A stretch of DNA of 58,946 nucleotides, counting the filler. It is 5 parts of 5 records of this genome, joined end to end, with 100 filler letters (N's around TTAATTAATTAA, not from the genome) between each part and the next. Parts side by side here need not be neighbours in the genome. Positions count along the whole stretch, not along the records: positions 25,118 to 39,109 come from SRR31156797_9830; 4 more parts are not named here. One strand, given 5' to 3'. Position 1 is the first letter of the stretch, and every line of letters begins with the position of its first letter. The position numbers and the translations under genes are program-made. Positions 25,518 to 36,198 of this stretch are shown here, piece by piece. A model generated the notes under the pieces. That model searched no databases, was not told the origin of the DNA, and saw only the letters and a program-made list of their open reading frames with translations.

Positions 25518-28500
25518 ATGAAGAAAGAAAAAACATCAGAAACCAAAATGGAAGGGGCACCATTGTTAAGCGGAGTGAATAGCCACAACACCATCAAAAA
25601 TTATATTTATGCGCCGAGGAAAATCCACGTGCTCTTATTATTTTTGTTGGGGGTCATTTTTTTATTATCGATTGTAAACGTAACATATCCTCACATACTC
25701 TGGAAGCATTTTAAACTTACCGATTATCCCTTGCATTCAACCCTTGAGGCATTGGGTGCAATTGTAGCAATCTTAATGGCATTTATGCCGCTTCAGGTTT
25801 TGTTTGGTAAGTTCAGGCCTTCCTATGTCTTTGTGTCAGTAGGTTTTTTGGTTATGGGTTTATGGGACTTGTTTCATTCATTCTATCTGATCGGGCATGG
25901 TTTTGTATTTACGCATACCATAGCATTGTTATCAGGAGGGTTCTTCTTTGCCCTTATTGTTTTACCCTGGAATTTTAATCCCATATCTACTAAGAAGGCC
26001 ATCATGTGGTCTGCCGTATGCCTCACTTTGATTTTAGCCGCGCTGACGGCCACCAACAGATCATTATTTCCCGAAATGATTCACGATGGCCATTTTACCA
26101 CCACAGCAAAATATTTGAATCTTGCAGCGGGACTGTTGTTTTTAGTAAGTGCCAGTAAGCTTTTTGCTATTTATCTCCGCGATAAGAACATAGGTGTGTT
26201 GATACTGGTATTTGTAGCTGTTTCTTCAGCGATTGTCGGCATTACATTTCAGTATTCAATGGCCTGGAAAGATGATTGGTGGCTGTGGCACATTATCCGT
26301 TTTGTTGCATTTCTGGCGATTTTGGGCTACATGTTTTGGCGAATCCGCATTGTAAATAACGAACGAAACAAAGCCCTGAAGGATTTGGAATATCAACATA
26401 TTCAACTTGCTGAAAGCGAAAAAAGATTTAGCCTGGTGAACGAAGCAACGGGCCATGGGCTCTGGGATTGGAATGTAGTGACGAATGAAGTTTACTTTTC
26501 GCCTGTATGGAAAAAGCAAATCGGGTATGAAGAAGATGAACTGGAAAATACGTTTGAAAACTGGGTGGGCCATTTGCATCCGGATGACAGGGAACGAAGC
26601 CTGAAACAGGTGGAAGAATACATTAATAATCCGGGTAAAAAATTCATCATCGAATTCAGATTTAAACATAAAGACGGGCATTATGTGTGGATCCATAACG
26701 AAGCTGCATCTGAGAAAGACGATGAAGGAAAAGTGATACGCATGTTTGGTGCTCATACCGACATCACAAAACAAAAAGTTGCTGAGGAAAAACTTAAGGA
26801 TAGCGAGAAACAGTTTCGTATTGTTTTTGAAAATTCACCCATTGGGAAGTCACGAACCGGCCTGGATGGTTCGCTTAATACCAACCTGGCCTTTTCAAAA
26901 GCAACAGGCTACTCTCTGGATGAGTTGAGACAGAAAAACTGGAAAGATATTACACATCCTGATGATATCGGGAAGCACGAAGAGATCAATGATTATTTAC
27001 TAGCCGGAAAACATGATCAAGCCAACTTCGAAAAGAGGTATCTGCATAAAAAAGGGTATTATATCTGGGTGGAAGTAAGTACTACCTTACACCGGAATAA
27101 AGACGGAGAACCGCAATATTTTATCTCCACCATTAATGACATCACAAACCGCAAAGAGAGTGAAGAACAAATCAGGCAAAGCGAGAAAAAGTTCAAGGGC
27201 CTCTTCGAAAACGATCCCAGTGCCATTTTTATAGCCGATCCCCAAACAGGTTTGCTGCATGATGTAAATCCCGCTGCTGAAAAACTGATGGAAATGAGCC
27301 GCGAAGAATTGATCGGACTGCACCAGTCGAAATTGCATCCGGAAGATGTGATGGAAGAACAAATTAAACAATTTAAAGAATTGCAAAATCAGCCGGATGT
27401 TTCAGTCGACACAGTTGTTCTTACAAAATCGGGCACAAGAAAGCCGGTAGAGATCAAAGTATCGATGTTTGAAATTGATGGAAAACCCCAAATCCTGGGC
27501 ATCTTCCATGATGTTTCCAGGCTCGTCGAAGGTCAGAAAAAACTGAAAGAGAGTGAGAAAAAATACCGTACATTAACCGAATCATCACAGGATCAAATCT
27601 TTACCATTAGCAAAGATTTGAGTGTACTATATGTAAATACCAGAGCGGCAAAATCGTTTCGCAGCTCACCTGAAGAAATAGTTGGTAAACAGTTAAAGGA
27701 CATTTTCCCTCCTGAGATTGCACAACAGCAATCAGAAAGCATCAGCAAAGTCATCGAAACCGGGAAATCAATTTCAAGTGTAACCGAATCTGTTTTCCCG
27801 GATAAAACCATGTGGCTTGACACCACGTTGGTCCCGCTAAAAAATGAAAGTGGAGAAACAGAAGCCGTGATGGGTGTATCGCGAGACGTATCGGCACAAA
27901 AAATTGCTGAAGAAGCATTAAAGCAAAGCGAAGAGAAGCACCGTGCAATTTTTAAATCAGCAACTGATGCTTTTATCATCGTGAACATGGAAGGTAAAAT
28001 CGTTGAAGTAAACCCTTCTGCCTGTAACACTTATGGCTACGAATACGATGAAATGATTGGCAGGGAGGTACCATCTATTATTCACCCGGACTATCATTAT
28101 AAATTCACGGAATTTATGCATGATATCCTGGAAAAAGGTTCCTACTACGGCGAGACCATTGATCTGCGTAAAAATGGTTCTACATTTCAATCCGAGGTTC
28201 ACGGAACTATTATCCAGCTTAATGGTGAGCCACACATGCTGGGGATTATCCGCGATGTGAGTGAGAAAAAACAACGCGAGGATGAGTTAAAACTGAAGGA
28301 TATCGTTTTTCGGTCGTCGGTTGCCGCAAACAGCACAGCAGATTTGGCCGGGAACTTAACCAGTGTCAACCAATCGTTTTTAAACCTCTGGGGGTATGCA
28401 TCGGAGGAAGAGGTACTGGGTGAGCCAATTCCTAAGTTTATCAAATATGAAAAAGAAGCCGGTGAAATACTTGAGGGATTGAATGCTGAAGGAAAATGGC

Positions 28501-31382
28501 AGGGCAACTATACAGCCCTCAAAAAGAATGGCTCCACCTTTATCGCCCAGGCCAGTGCCAGTGTGCTTTATAACGCCGATGGTGAAAAAATTGGCTATCA
28601 GTCATCGGTGATTAATGTAACCGAAGCATTTGAAGCCGAAAAAAGATTAAAAGACAGTGAGGCAAAATTCCGGAACCTGTTTAATTCTGTTTCTATTCCC
28701 CTTTGCCAGGTGAAGGATGATGGTAGAATTGAATCGATAAATAAACGTTTTGTAGAGCGTCTTGGTTATACACTTGAGGATATTCCAACCATCGACCATT
28801 GGTGGGTAAACGCGTACCCGGATGAAAATTACCGGAAATGGGTGATTAAAAACTGGGAAAATGCTGTGGGGAAATCGATCAAAAACAAAACAGATATCGA
28901 ATCAGATACCTACAATGTTGCCTGTAAAAATGGTGAAATACGGCAATTTATAATTGCCGGAATAACATTAGACGACGGATTGCTGGCCACTTTTATAGAT
29001 GTAACCGAAAAACGAAAAGCAGAACAGCAAATCATCAAAAGTGAAAGCATGCTGAAAACAGCACAACAGATTGCCAAAGTTGGCAACTGGGAGTTGGACA
29101 TCGTGAACAATAAACTTTACTGGTCAGATGAAATTTTCCGGATTTTTGGACTTCAACCGCAGAAATTCGAAGCCACTTACGAAGCTTTTCTGGAACACAT
29201 CCATCCTGACGACCGGGGTGCGGTGAATGAAGCATATACCAATTCACTGGAAACGAAAGCGCCTTATGAAATAACCCACCGTGTGTTGCTTAAAGACAAA
29301 ACAATTAAGTATGTGAAAGAAAAATGTGACACTGATTTTGACAAGAAAGGGAAACCATTACGCTCAGTTGGAATTGTACAGGATATCACTGCAGAAAAAT
29401 TATACGAAGATAAAATCAACCAGGAAAAAGAATTTACTGAATCAGTTATCAATACGCTGCCGGGAATCTTTTACCTGTTCGACCAGAATGGCAAATTCCT
29501 CAAATGGAATAATACCCTGGCTGAATTATCAGGATTGAGTTTTGAAGAAGTTGGTATGAAATCCCCACTTGATTTTATTGCTCCATCACACAGGGAAAAA
29601 GTCGGAGAGGCTATCCAAACTGCATTTACACAGGGCAATGTACTGGTTGAAGCCGACTTTCTTGTTAGAGAAAAGTCGCCGGTCCCATTCCTGTTTACAG
29701 CTAAAAGAATTATTCGTGATAACGAACCATTATTGGTAGGTGTGGGGATAGATCTTACAAAACGATTACAGGCTGAACAGGAAAAAGAAAAGGCGTTGCA
29801 CGATTTAAATGAACGGGTTAAAGAAATGACCTGTTTAATTGAGGTGAATGAGGCCATAAAAGACCCGGGTGTGAACATACCACAGGTTATGGAAAAAATT
29901 ACCGCTTCCATACCAAAAGGTTGGCAACATCCTGAGAATACTGCAGTCGAAATCGCATTAGATGATGAAATCCACCGGAGTGAACCTTTCAAAGATAGCA
30001 AGCTTTACCTGCAGGAACGTATTTTGGTACAGGATATAGCCAGGGGCTATATTAAGGTAACGGTATTCGGCCTCAACAGTAAAAAGTTAAAATCCCTTTT
30101 CCTCAAGGAAGAAAGAGAACTGTTGAAAACCATTGCAACCAATATTTCCATTTATATTCAGCGTGTGGAAAGCGAAAAAGAAATCAGGGAAAGTGAAGAA
30201 AACTTTAGAAGTGTGCTTTCAAACTCTCCCGTATCAATTTGGCAGGAAGACTGGACGGAGATCATTAAAATGGTTGAGCAGGTTAAGCGTGATGGTATAA
30301 AAGACTATAAAAAATTTTTTAACGAAAACCGGTCTTTTGTAATTGAAGCATTAACCAAAGTGGTGATCGATGATGTAAACCTGGCTACCCTGGAAATGTT
30401 TGAAGCAGAAAATAGGAATGACCTTCTAAAATCACTGGAGGTTGTTTTTGCCACAGAAGATACCCTGCCCGGGTTTATTGGAGAACTGGTGGCCCTGGCT
30501 GAAGGAAAGCAGGTGTACGAAACAGAAATGAAGCTCAACACCGCAAAAGGAAATCTGATCCATACCATATTGCGGATGTCGTTCCCCTCGGAGGAAGCAC
30601 ATGAGGGCCGGGTACTGGTGAGCATTATGGATATTTCGGAGTTAAAAAAAATACAGCACCAGCTCAATGATTCTATGGAGAAATTGAAACGGTCCAACAA
30701 AGAGCTGGAACAGTTTGCTTATGTAGCATCGCACGATTTGCAGGAACCGTTGCGCATGGTGTCGAGCTATACCCAGTTGCTCGAACGCCGCTACAAAGAC
30801 CAGTTAGATGAACGTGCGAGTAAGTATATTTACTATGCGGTTGATGGCGCCAACCGCATGCAGAACCTGATAAACGACCTGCTTGACTTTTCACGTATTT
30901 CCACCCGTGGCGAAAAATTTACCAAAACAGACACTGAAGAAGCAGTGCAAAATGCCATAAACAGCCTCTCCATGAAAATTAAGGAAACCGGCGCAAAAAT
31001 TAACATCGGTAAACTACCTGAAATAAACGGCGATGGCGGACAAATTGAACGTTTGTTTTTGAATCTGATAAGCAATGCCATAAAGTTTAGCAAACCAGAA
31101 GGAAATCCTGAGGTTTCAATTTCCGCCAGTGAGCAAAAAAATAAATGGCTGTTCAGGGTGCAGGATAATGGCATCGGCATCGACGAAAAATATAAAGAGA
31201 AAGTTTTTGTTATTTTTCAGCGGCTGCATGGTGCAAATACATATAAAGGAACCGGCATTGGCCTGGCAATTTGTAAGCGAATTGTGCAGCGCCACCAGGG
31301 AGAAATTTGGTTTGAGTCAGAAGAAAATAAAGGCACAACTTTCTATTTTACTTTGAAAAAATCTAACCTGAAAAATTCATGA
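25518..31382 (+). CDS. Membrane-bound multi-PAS sensor histidine kinase (MASE3-like TM region, ~10 PAS/PAC, GAF-like, HisKA, HATPase)
   Basis: Multi-TM N-terminus (HSTLE...DLFH), ten PAS units ending DIT/DVS, H-box YVASHDLQEPLRMV, NLISNAIKF, DNGIGI, GTGIGLAIC. Confidence 0.92.
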   Translation: MKKEKTSETKMEGAPLLSGVNSHNTIKNYIYAPRKIHVLLLFLLGVIFLLSIVNVTYPHILWKHFKLTDYPLHSTLEALGAIVAILMAFMPLQVLFGKFRPSYVFVSVGFLVMGLWDLFHSFYLIGHGFVFTHTIALLSGGFFFALIVLPWNFNPISTKKAIMWSAVCLTLILAALTATNRSLFPEMIHDGHFTTTAKYLNLAAGLLFLVSASKLFAIYLRDKNIGVLILVFVAVSSAIVGITFQYSMAWKDDWWLWHIIRFVAFLAILGYMFWRIRIVNNERNKALKDLEYQHIQLAESEKRFSLVNEATGHGLWDWNVVTNEVYFSPVWKKQIGYEEDELENTFENWVGHLHPDDRERSLKQVEEYINNPGKKFIIEFRFKHKDGHYVWIHNEAASEKDDEGKVIRMFGAHTDITKQKVAEEKLKDSEKQFRIVFENSPIGKSRTGLDGSLNTNLAFSKATGYSLDELRQKNWKDITHPDDIGKHEEINDYLLAGKHDQANFEKRYLHKKGYYIWVEVSTTLHRNKDGEPQYFISTINDITNRKESEEQIRQSEKKFKGLFENDPSAIFIADPQTGLLHDVNPAAEKLMEMSREELIGLHQSKLHPEDVMEEQIKQFKELQNQPDVSVDTVVLTKSGTRKPVEIKVSMFEIDGKPQILGIFHDVSRLVEGQKKLKESEKKYRTLTESSQDQIFTISKDLSVLYVNTRAAKSFRSSPEEIVGKQLKDIFPPEIAQQQSESISKVIETGKSISSVTESVFPDKTMWLDTTLVPLKNESGETEAVMGVSRDVSAQKIAEEALKQSEEKHRAIFKSATDAFIIVNMEGKIVEVNPSACNTYGYEYDEMIGREVPSIIHPDYHYKFTEFMHDILEKGSYYGETIDLRKNGSTFQSEVHGTIIQLNGEPHMLGIIRDVSEKKQREDELKLKDIVFRSSVAANSTADLAGNLTSVNQSFLNLWGYASEEEVLGEPIPKFIKYEKEAGEILEGLNAEGKWQGNYTALKKNGSTFIAQASASVLYNADGEKIGYQSSVINVTEAFEAEKRLKDSEAKFRNLFNSVSIPLCQVKDDGRIESINKRFVERLGYTLEDIPTIDHWWVNAYPDENYRKWVIKNWENAVGKSIKNKTDIESDTYNVACKNGEIRQFIIAGITLDDGLLATFIDVTEKRKAEQQIIKSESMLKTAQQIAKVGNWELDIVNNKLYWSDEIFRIFGLQPQKFEATYEAFLEHIHPDDRGAVNEAYTNSLETKAPYEITHRVLLKDKTIKYVKEKCDTDFDKKGKPLRSVGIVQDITAEKLYEDKINQEKEFTESVINTLPGIFYLFDQNGKFLKWNNTLAELSGLSFEEVGMKSPLDFIAPSHREKVGEAIQTAFTQGNVLVEADFLVREKSPVPFLFTAKRIIRDNEPLLVGVGIDLTKRLQAEQEKEKALHDLNERVKEMTCLIEVNEAIKDPGVNIPQVMEKITASIPKGWQHPENTAVEIALDDEIHRSEPFKDSKLYLQERILVQDIARGYIKVTVFGLNSKKLKSLFLKEERELLKTIATNISIYIQRVESEKEIRESEENFRSVLSNSPVSIWQEDWTEIIKMVEQVKRDGIKDYKKFFNENRSFVIEALTKVVIDDVNLATLEMFEAENRNDLLKSLEVVFATEDTLPGFIGELVALAEGKQVYETEMKLNTAKGNLIHTILRMSFPSEEAHEGRVLVSIMDISELKKIQHQLNDSMEKLKRSNKELEQFAYVASHDLQEPLRMVSSYTQLLERRYKDQLDERASKYIYYAVDGANRMQNLINDLLDFSRISTRGEKFTKTDTEEAVQNAINSLSMKIKETGAKINIGKLPEINGDGGQIERLFLNLISNAIKFSKPEGNPEVSISASEQKNKWLFRVQDNGIGIDEKYKEKVFVIFQRLHGANTYKGTGIGLAICKRIVQRHQGEIWFESEENKGTTFYFTLKKSNLKNS

Positions 31383-31434
31383 ATTAATCAGGCTAAAATG
31401 AACAACAATACAAATTAACAAAAACAAATTTTTT

Positions 31435-31896
31435 ATGAACAGAGATGACAAATTCGAAGAACTAAAATCTATCGACATTTTATTGGCTGAAGACAGCCCC
31501 GGCGATGCTGATCTGGCTAAAGAGGCACTGGAGGAAAGTAAATTGAAAAACCGGCTCTTCATTGTGGTCGATGGCCAGGAAGCACTGGATTTTCTTTTCA
31601 AAAAAGGGAAATACAAGGATGTGCCCCGCCCCGACTTAATTCTGCTCGACCTGAACATGCCCAGGGTTGATGGCCGTGAAGTACTTAAAATTGTGAAGGA
31701 AGATGATTCTCTAAAGAGAATTCCGGTGGTTATTCTCACAACATCCAGGGCGGATGAGGACATTATAAAATCATATAACCTGCATGCCAATTGCTACATT
31801 TCTAAACCGCTGGATCTTGACAAATTTATGGAGGTGGTAAATGCCATCGAGAATTTCTGGATCAGTATTGTAGCATTGCCAAAGAAAGATGCGTAA
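31435..31896 (+). CDS. Single-domain response regulator (Rcp1-like)
   Basis: LLAEDSPGD, PDLILLDLNMPRVDG, LTTS, YISKP, FW tail. Confidence 0.93.
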   Translation: MNRDDKFEELKSIDILLAEDSPGDADLAKEALEESKLKNRLFIVVDGQEALDFLFKKGKYKDVPRPDLILLDLNMPRVDGREVLKIVKEDDSLKRIPVVILTTSRADEDIIKSYNLHANCYISKPLDLDKFMEVVNAIENFWISIVALPKKDA

Positions 31897-31971
31897 AAAT
31901 GGGTTACCTCAGCGATAAATTTGAAACGTAAGTACTTTGATTTAACGTAGGTTCAATAATATAAATTAACT

Positions 31972-32412
31972 ATGGAATACTTCAAATTAATTAACATCCT
32001 GCTTGTTGAAGACAACCCCGGGGACGCTGGTCTGGCCAGAGAAGCGCTGGAAGAAAGTAAATTAAAAAACAGGCTGTACACCGTTGTTGACGGACAGGAA
32101 GCACTGGAATTTTTGTACAAAAAAGGAAAGTATGAAAATGTACCCCGGCCGGATTTAATATTACTCGATTTAAACATGCCAAAAGTGGATGGGCGTGAGG
32201 TGCTGAAAATTGTAAAGGATGACATGGATCTCAGAAGCATCCCGGTGGTCATTCTCACAACTTCAAAAGCAGATGAGGACATATTAAAATCGTATAACCA
32301 GCATGCCAATTGCTATATTTCCAAACCGTTGGATTTCGATAAATTTATGGACGTGGTGCATGCCATCGAAAATTTCTGGGTTACAATTGTAACCTTGCCC
32401 AATAAAGTTTAA
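31972..32412 (+). CDS. Single-domain response regulator (Rcp1-like), tandem paralogue
   Basis: Near-identical core to 31435-31896. Confidence 0.93.
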   Translation: MEYFKLINILLVEDNPGDAGLAREALEESKLKNRLYTVVDGQEALEFLYKKGKYENVPRPDLILLDLNMPKVDGREVLKIVKDDMDLRSIPVVILTTSKADEDILKSYNQHANCYISKPLDFDKFMDVVHAIENFWVTIVTLPNKV

Positions 32413-32464
32413 TTGCCAATCATTTTAAGACTAAAGCACCTGAGTAACAAAAATTTGAAATTTT

Positions 32465-33604
32465 ATGAAGTCAGATTTTAACATACTTTTAATTGAAGAC
32501 AATCCTGGAGATGCAATGTTGATGGAAGAACTTCTGAGTGATTCCAACAGCTTCAATTTTAAAATAATCCATGCAGAAACATTAAAGGATGGCCTGGATT
32601 TACTGCTAACCAAAGAAGTAAACATTGTATTGCTTGATCTTGGTTTGCCCGACAGCCAGGGACTGAATGCGCTTGAAGCCATGCTGGACAACGCAGGCCA
32701 AATTCCCATTGTGGTTATCACCGGTCTTGACGACGAGGAAACCGGCCGGAAAGCCATTAACATGGGCGCGCAAAACTACATGGTAAAAGGCTTGTTGAAC
32801 CAGCGTGCCATAATCGATTCAATATCCTATGCGGTGGAGCGAAATAAAATTTTACTGGAACTGCGGGATAAGGATATGAAGCTTGAAGAGTCAAACAAAC
32901 TTCTTCAGGAATCGAACAAAGCAAAAGAGCGGTTAATTGCCATGCTGTCGCATGATTTGAGAGGGCCTGTGAAAACTGTAGTTGCCTTATTTGAGTTACT
33001 GGCCGAAAATTATCATGATCTTACTGACGAAAAGAAATTGCATGTCATAAAAACATGTGTTAAAAGCGGTAACAGCACCATCGAATTCATGGAAAACCTG
33101 TTGGCCTGGGCGCGGTCGCAGGCAGATGGGAAAAAAATCAAACCAAAGAACATCCCGGTAAAAGAATTTATCGACGATACGCTGGATCCTTTGATGCACC
33201 AAATAATGAGCAAAAAAATAAGCATAAAAAATAAAACTTCGGATGAAGATTCCTTTTTTGCAGATGTTGACATGATTGCAACTGTAGTGAGAAATCTTGT
33301 TGCGAACTCCATAAAATTTACGCCTCCAGATGGTGAAATTGTAATCAATGCCAAGAAGATTTCGAAAGATAGTATTGAAATCAGCGTGAAAGATTCAGGG
33401 GTAGGCATCAAAAAAGATGATTTGGACAAATTATTTGATGTATCAGCAGGATTTACCACTACCGGTACCCATGGCGAAAAAGGAACCGGATTCGGCATGG
33501 TCCTGAGCAAAGAGTTTGTTGAAAAAAATAACGGTACCCTCCAAATTTACAGCGAGGAGGGGAAAGGAACCACGGTGAGTTTTAGTCTGCCGCTGGCAAG
33601 GTGA
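32465..33604 (+). CDS. Hybrid REC-HisKA-HATPase kinase
   Basis: REC LLDLGLPD, H-box LSHDLRGP, NLVANSIKF, DSGVGI, GTGFG. Confidence 0.92.
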   Translation: MKSDFNILLIEDNPGDAMLMEELLSDSNSFNFKIIHAETLKDGLDLLLTKEVNIVLLDLGLPDSQGLNALEAMLDNAGQIPIVVITGLDDEETGRKAINMGAQNYMVKGLLNQRAIIDSISYAVERNKILLELRDKDMKLEESNKLLQESNKAKERLIAMLSHDLRGPVKTVVALFELLAENYHDLTDEKKLHVIKTCVKSGNSTIEFMENLLAWARSQADGKKIKPKNIPVKEFIDDTLDPLMHQIMSKKISIKNKTSDEDSFFADVDMIATVVRNLVANSIKFTPPDGEIVINAKKISKDSIEISVKDSGVGIKKDDLDKLFDVSAGFTTTGTHGEKGTGFGMVLSKEFVEKNNGTLQIYSEEGKGTTVSFSLPLAR

Positions 33605-33701
33605 ATCGAATCAGCAAGTTAAATCATAGCATTTGATGTGAGGTCAATGTTAGGATGAGTTTTTTATACAGGAGAATAAGCAACTTTAATACTTTTTGTT
33701 T

Positions 33702-34235
33702 ATGCAGGTCAACACCAATGACATTTCACGAAGAATCAATGATGAACAAGTGGTCATGGTACATACCGGCGAATTATATACCGGTGATCAGAATATTGTA
33801 CTTAAATCCAGCCCCATTGGCTCATGTGTTGTTGTTGTACTTTTTGATTATGAATCACTTGCCGGGGCAATGGCCCACATCATGCTGCCTGGTTTTGCAC
33901 CTGAAAAGTGCAATATCGTTACTGCAAAATATGCCGGAAATGCCATCGATCTGATAATTAAGCAAATTGTAGATATTGGGGTAAAGCCTGAAAATTTAAA
34001 AGCCGTTATTGTAGGTGGAGGAAATGTGTTAAAAAGGAAAGATGATACCATAGGTGCGCAGAATATAGCCTCAGTTGTTGATTTGCTCCACAAACAGGAT
34101 ATCCCGATATTAGAGAGATCGGTTGGGGGCACAAACAGAAAATCCGTAAGATTCGACATTCAATGGCAAATTATCTATTTTACCGAAGGAGATGCTACCG
34201 AGAAAGTTTTATTAAAAATTGGCCATAAAACCTAA
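33702..34235 (+). CDS. cheD: Chemoreceptor glutamine deamidase CheD
   Basis: IGSCVVVVLFD (catalytic Cys), AHIMLP (His), KYA, KAVIVGGG, IGAQNI, SVGG. Confidence 0.9.
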   Translation: MQVNTNDISRRINDEQVVMVHTGELYTGDQNIVLKSSPIGSCVVVVLFDYESLAGAMAHIMLPGFAPEKCNIVTAKYAGNAIDLIIKQIVDIGVKPENLKAVIVGGGNVLKRKDDTIGAQNIASVVDLLHKQDIPILERSVGGTNRKSVRFDIQWQIIYFTEGDATEKVLLKIGHKT

Positions 34236-34249
34236 CATTGTAAAACCCC

Positions 34250-35614
34250 ATGATGAGCAAAGAAAACAATACTGAACTTGAGCAATTACGCCGGCGGGTT
34301 GCCAAACTGGAAATGCTGGAAAAAAAGCATCTGGTTTTGGAAGATGAATTACGGGCAATCAATCAACAACTGGATGCCGCTAACCAGCAACTACAAGCCA
34401 GCGAACAGCAGTTAAGGGCATCCAATGAACAACTTCAGGCCAGCGAGCAGGAAGTAAAAGCAAAAGAAGCTGCTGCCCGTTCGGCGCGTATATTTGCCGA
34501 AAATATTATTGCTACCATCCGCAATCCCCTGGTGGTGTTGGATGAAAATTTACATGTGGTATCTGCCAGCCGCTTCTTTTATATCACCTTTCAGGTTACC
34601 GAAAAAAACACGATCGGAAAAAAAATATATACACTTGGCAATAAACAATGGGATATTCCGGAATTAAAAGATCTGCTCAGAAAAACCCTACCCCAAAAAT
34701 CCACAGTTGAAGATTTTGAAGTAACCCACAAATTTCAGCATATCGGTGAAAAAACAATGTTGCTGAATGCACGTGAACTTAAACAGGGACAGGGCAGCAA
34801 AAGACTGATTTTGCTTTCCATTGAAGATATCACCCACAGGAAAAAAGCCGAACTGGAAATGCAGCGTTTAAACACCGAATTGCAGCTAAAGGCTGACGAA
34901 TTGCAGCAAATATTATACATCACCACACACGATTTACGATCTCCACTGGTAAATATTCAGGGATTCAATAAAGAGATGGAGGCTTCATTGAAAGATCTGA
35001 AAGAGGTGTTGAACCACGAATCAATACCCCGGGATATAAAAAACAGGTTTTTCCCGATTATCGATGAAGAAATACCGGAAGCCATGTTTTTCATTACTTC
35101 CAGCACAACCAAAATGGATAAGTTGTTGAGCGGTTTGCTGGCATTATCGCGGCTGGGCCGGCAAATGATCAGCCTTCAGAAGCTGGACATGAATGCCCTG
35201 CTTAAAGAGGTGCTGAATACCTATAAATTTGAAATCGCTAAAAACAGTGTAAAAATAGAGTTGTCGGAATTACCACACTGCGATGGAGATGAGATGCAAA
35301 TCAACCAGTTGTTTTCGAATATAATTGGCAACTCTCTCAAATTCCTCGATCCGGAACGACCGGGAAAAATCACAATTTCAGGTCACAAGGAAAATGGAAT
35401 CTCAAAATATATTATAGAGGATAACGGGATTGGCATTTCAAAAAACTATCAAAGCAAAGTATTTGAACTGTTTCAAAAACTCGATCCCAAAAAGCCTGGC
35501 ATTGGGTTGGGAATGAACATTGTAAAACAAATTGTAGAGAAACACAACGGCGATATTCAACTGATATCGGAATTGGGAAAAGGGACAAAATTTATTATTT
35601 TTATCCCGTATTAA
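34250..35614 (+). CDS. Cytoplasmic PAS histidine kinase with an N-terminal Gln-rich heptad coiled coil
   Basis: Heptads NQQLDAA/NQQLQAS/EQQLRAS/NEQLQAS, a PAS of the CheB/CheR-fusion type (WDIPELKDLL), H-box THDLRSPL, DNGIGI. Confidence 0.9.
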   Translation: MMSKENNTELEQLRRRVAKLEMLEKKHLVLEDELRAINQQLDAANQQLQASEQQLRASNEQLQASEQEVKAKEAAARSARIFAENIIATIRNPLVVLDENLHVVSASRFFYITFQVTEKNTIGKKIYTLGNKQWDIPELKDLLRKTLPQKSTVEDFEVTHKFQHIGEKTMLLNARELKQGQGSKRLILLSIEDITHRKKAELEMQRLNTELQLKADELQQILYITTHDLRSPLVNIQGFNKEMEASLKDLKEVLNHESIPRDIKNRFFPIIDEEIPEAMFFITSSTTKMDKLLSGLLALSRLGRQMISLQKLDMNALLKEVLNTYKFEIAKNSVKIELSELPHCDGDEMQINQLFSNIIGNSLKFLDPERPGKITISGHKENGISKYIIEDNGIGISKNYQSKVFELFQKLDPKKPGIGLGMNIVKQIVEKHNGDIQLISELGKGTKFIIFIPY

Positions 35615-35693
35615 TACCAGTATATTTTTCTTACATCAAAAATAAACCTGTTTTTGGAAGATATAAAACCAGGCAGGCAAAACCGGTAAAACA

Positions 35694-36134
35694 ATGAAAA
35701 GAGAACTCAAGATCATTCTTGCAGAAGACGATGATGGTCATGCCACACTAATTAAGCGAAATTTAAGGCGATCAGGATTGATGAATGAAATTATCCATTT
35801 AAGAGACGGGCAGGAAGCCCTGGATTTCTTATTTCAGGGTAAGCACGACAAAAATAATCTGAAGGATTTGGCCTCCCTGTTGTTGCTCGATATTAATATG
35901 CCCCGGGTGGACGGTATTGAAGTGCTACAGAAAGTAAAACAAGATGAGTTCCTGAAAAAAATGCCGGTAATTATGATCACTACTACCGACGATCCGCGCG
36001 AAATTGACAAATGTCACGAATTGGGATGCAGCAACTATATTACCAAACCCATCGATTACGAAAAGTTTGTAGAGGCCATTCGAAAACTGGGGCTGTTCCT
36101 GGTGGTGGTTGAAGTCCCCGATATGAATACGTAA
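35694..36134 (+). CDS. Single-domain response regulator
   Basis: ILAEDDDGH, LLLDINMPRVDG, ITTT, YITKP. Confidence 0.92.
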   Translation: MKRELKIILAEDDDGHATLIKRNLRRSGLMNEIIHLRDGQEALDFLFQGKHDKNNLKDLASLLLLDINMPRVDGIEVLQKVKQDEFLKKMPVIMITTTDDPREIDKCHELGCSNYITKPIDYEKFVEAIRKLGLFLVVVEVPDMNT

Positions 36135-36198
36135 CCCGGTTTATCCGGAACGCCAGTACTGGTTTGAAATAAAACAAATTGAATTAGATTAAGTGAAC

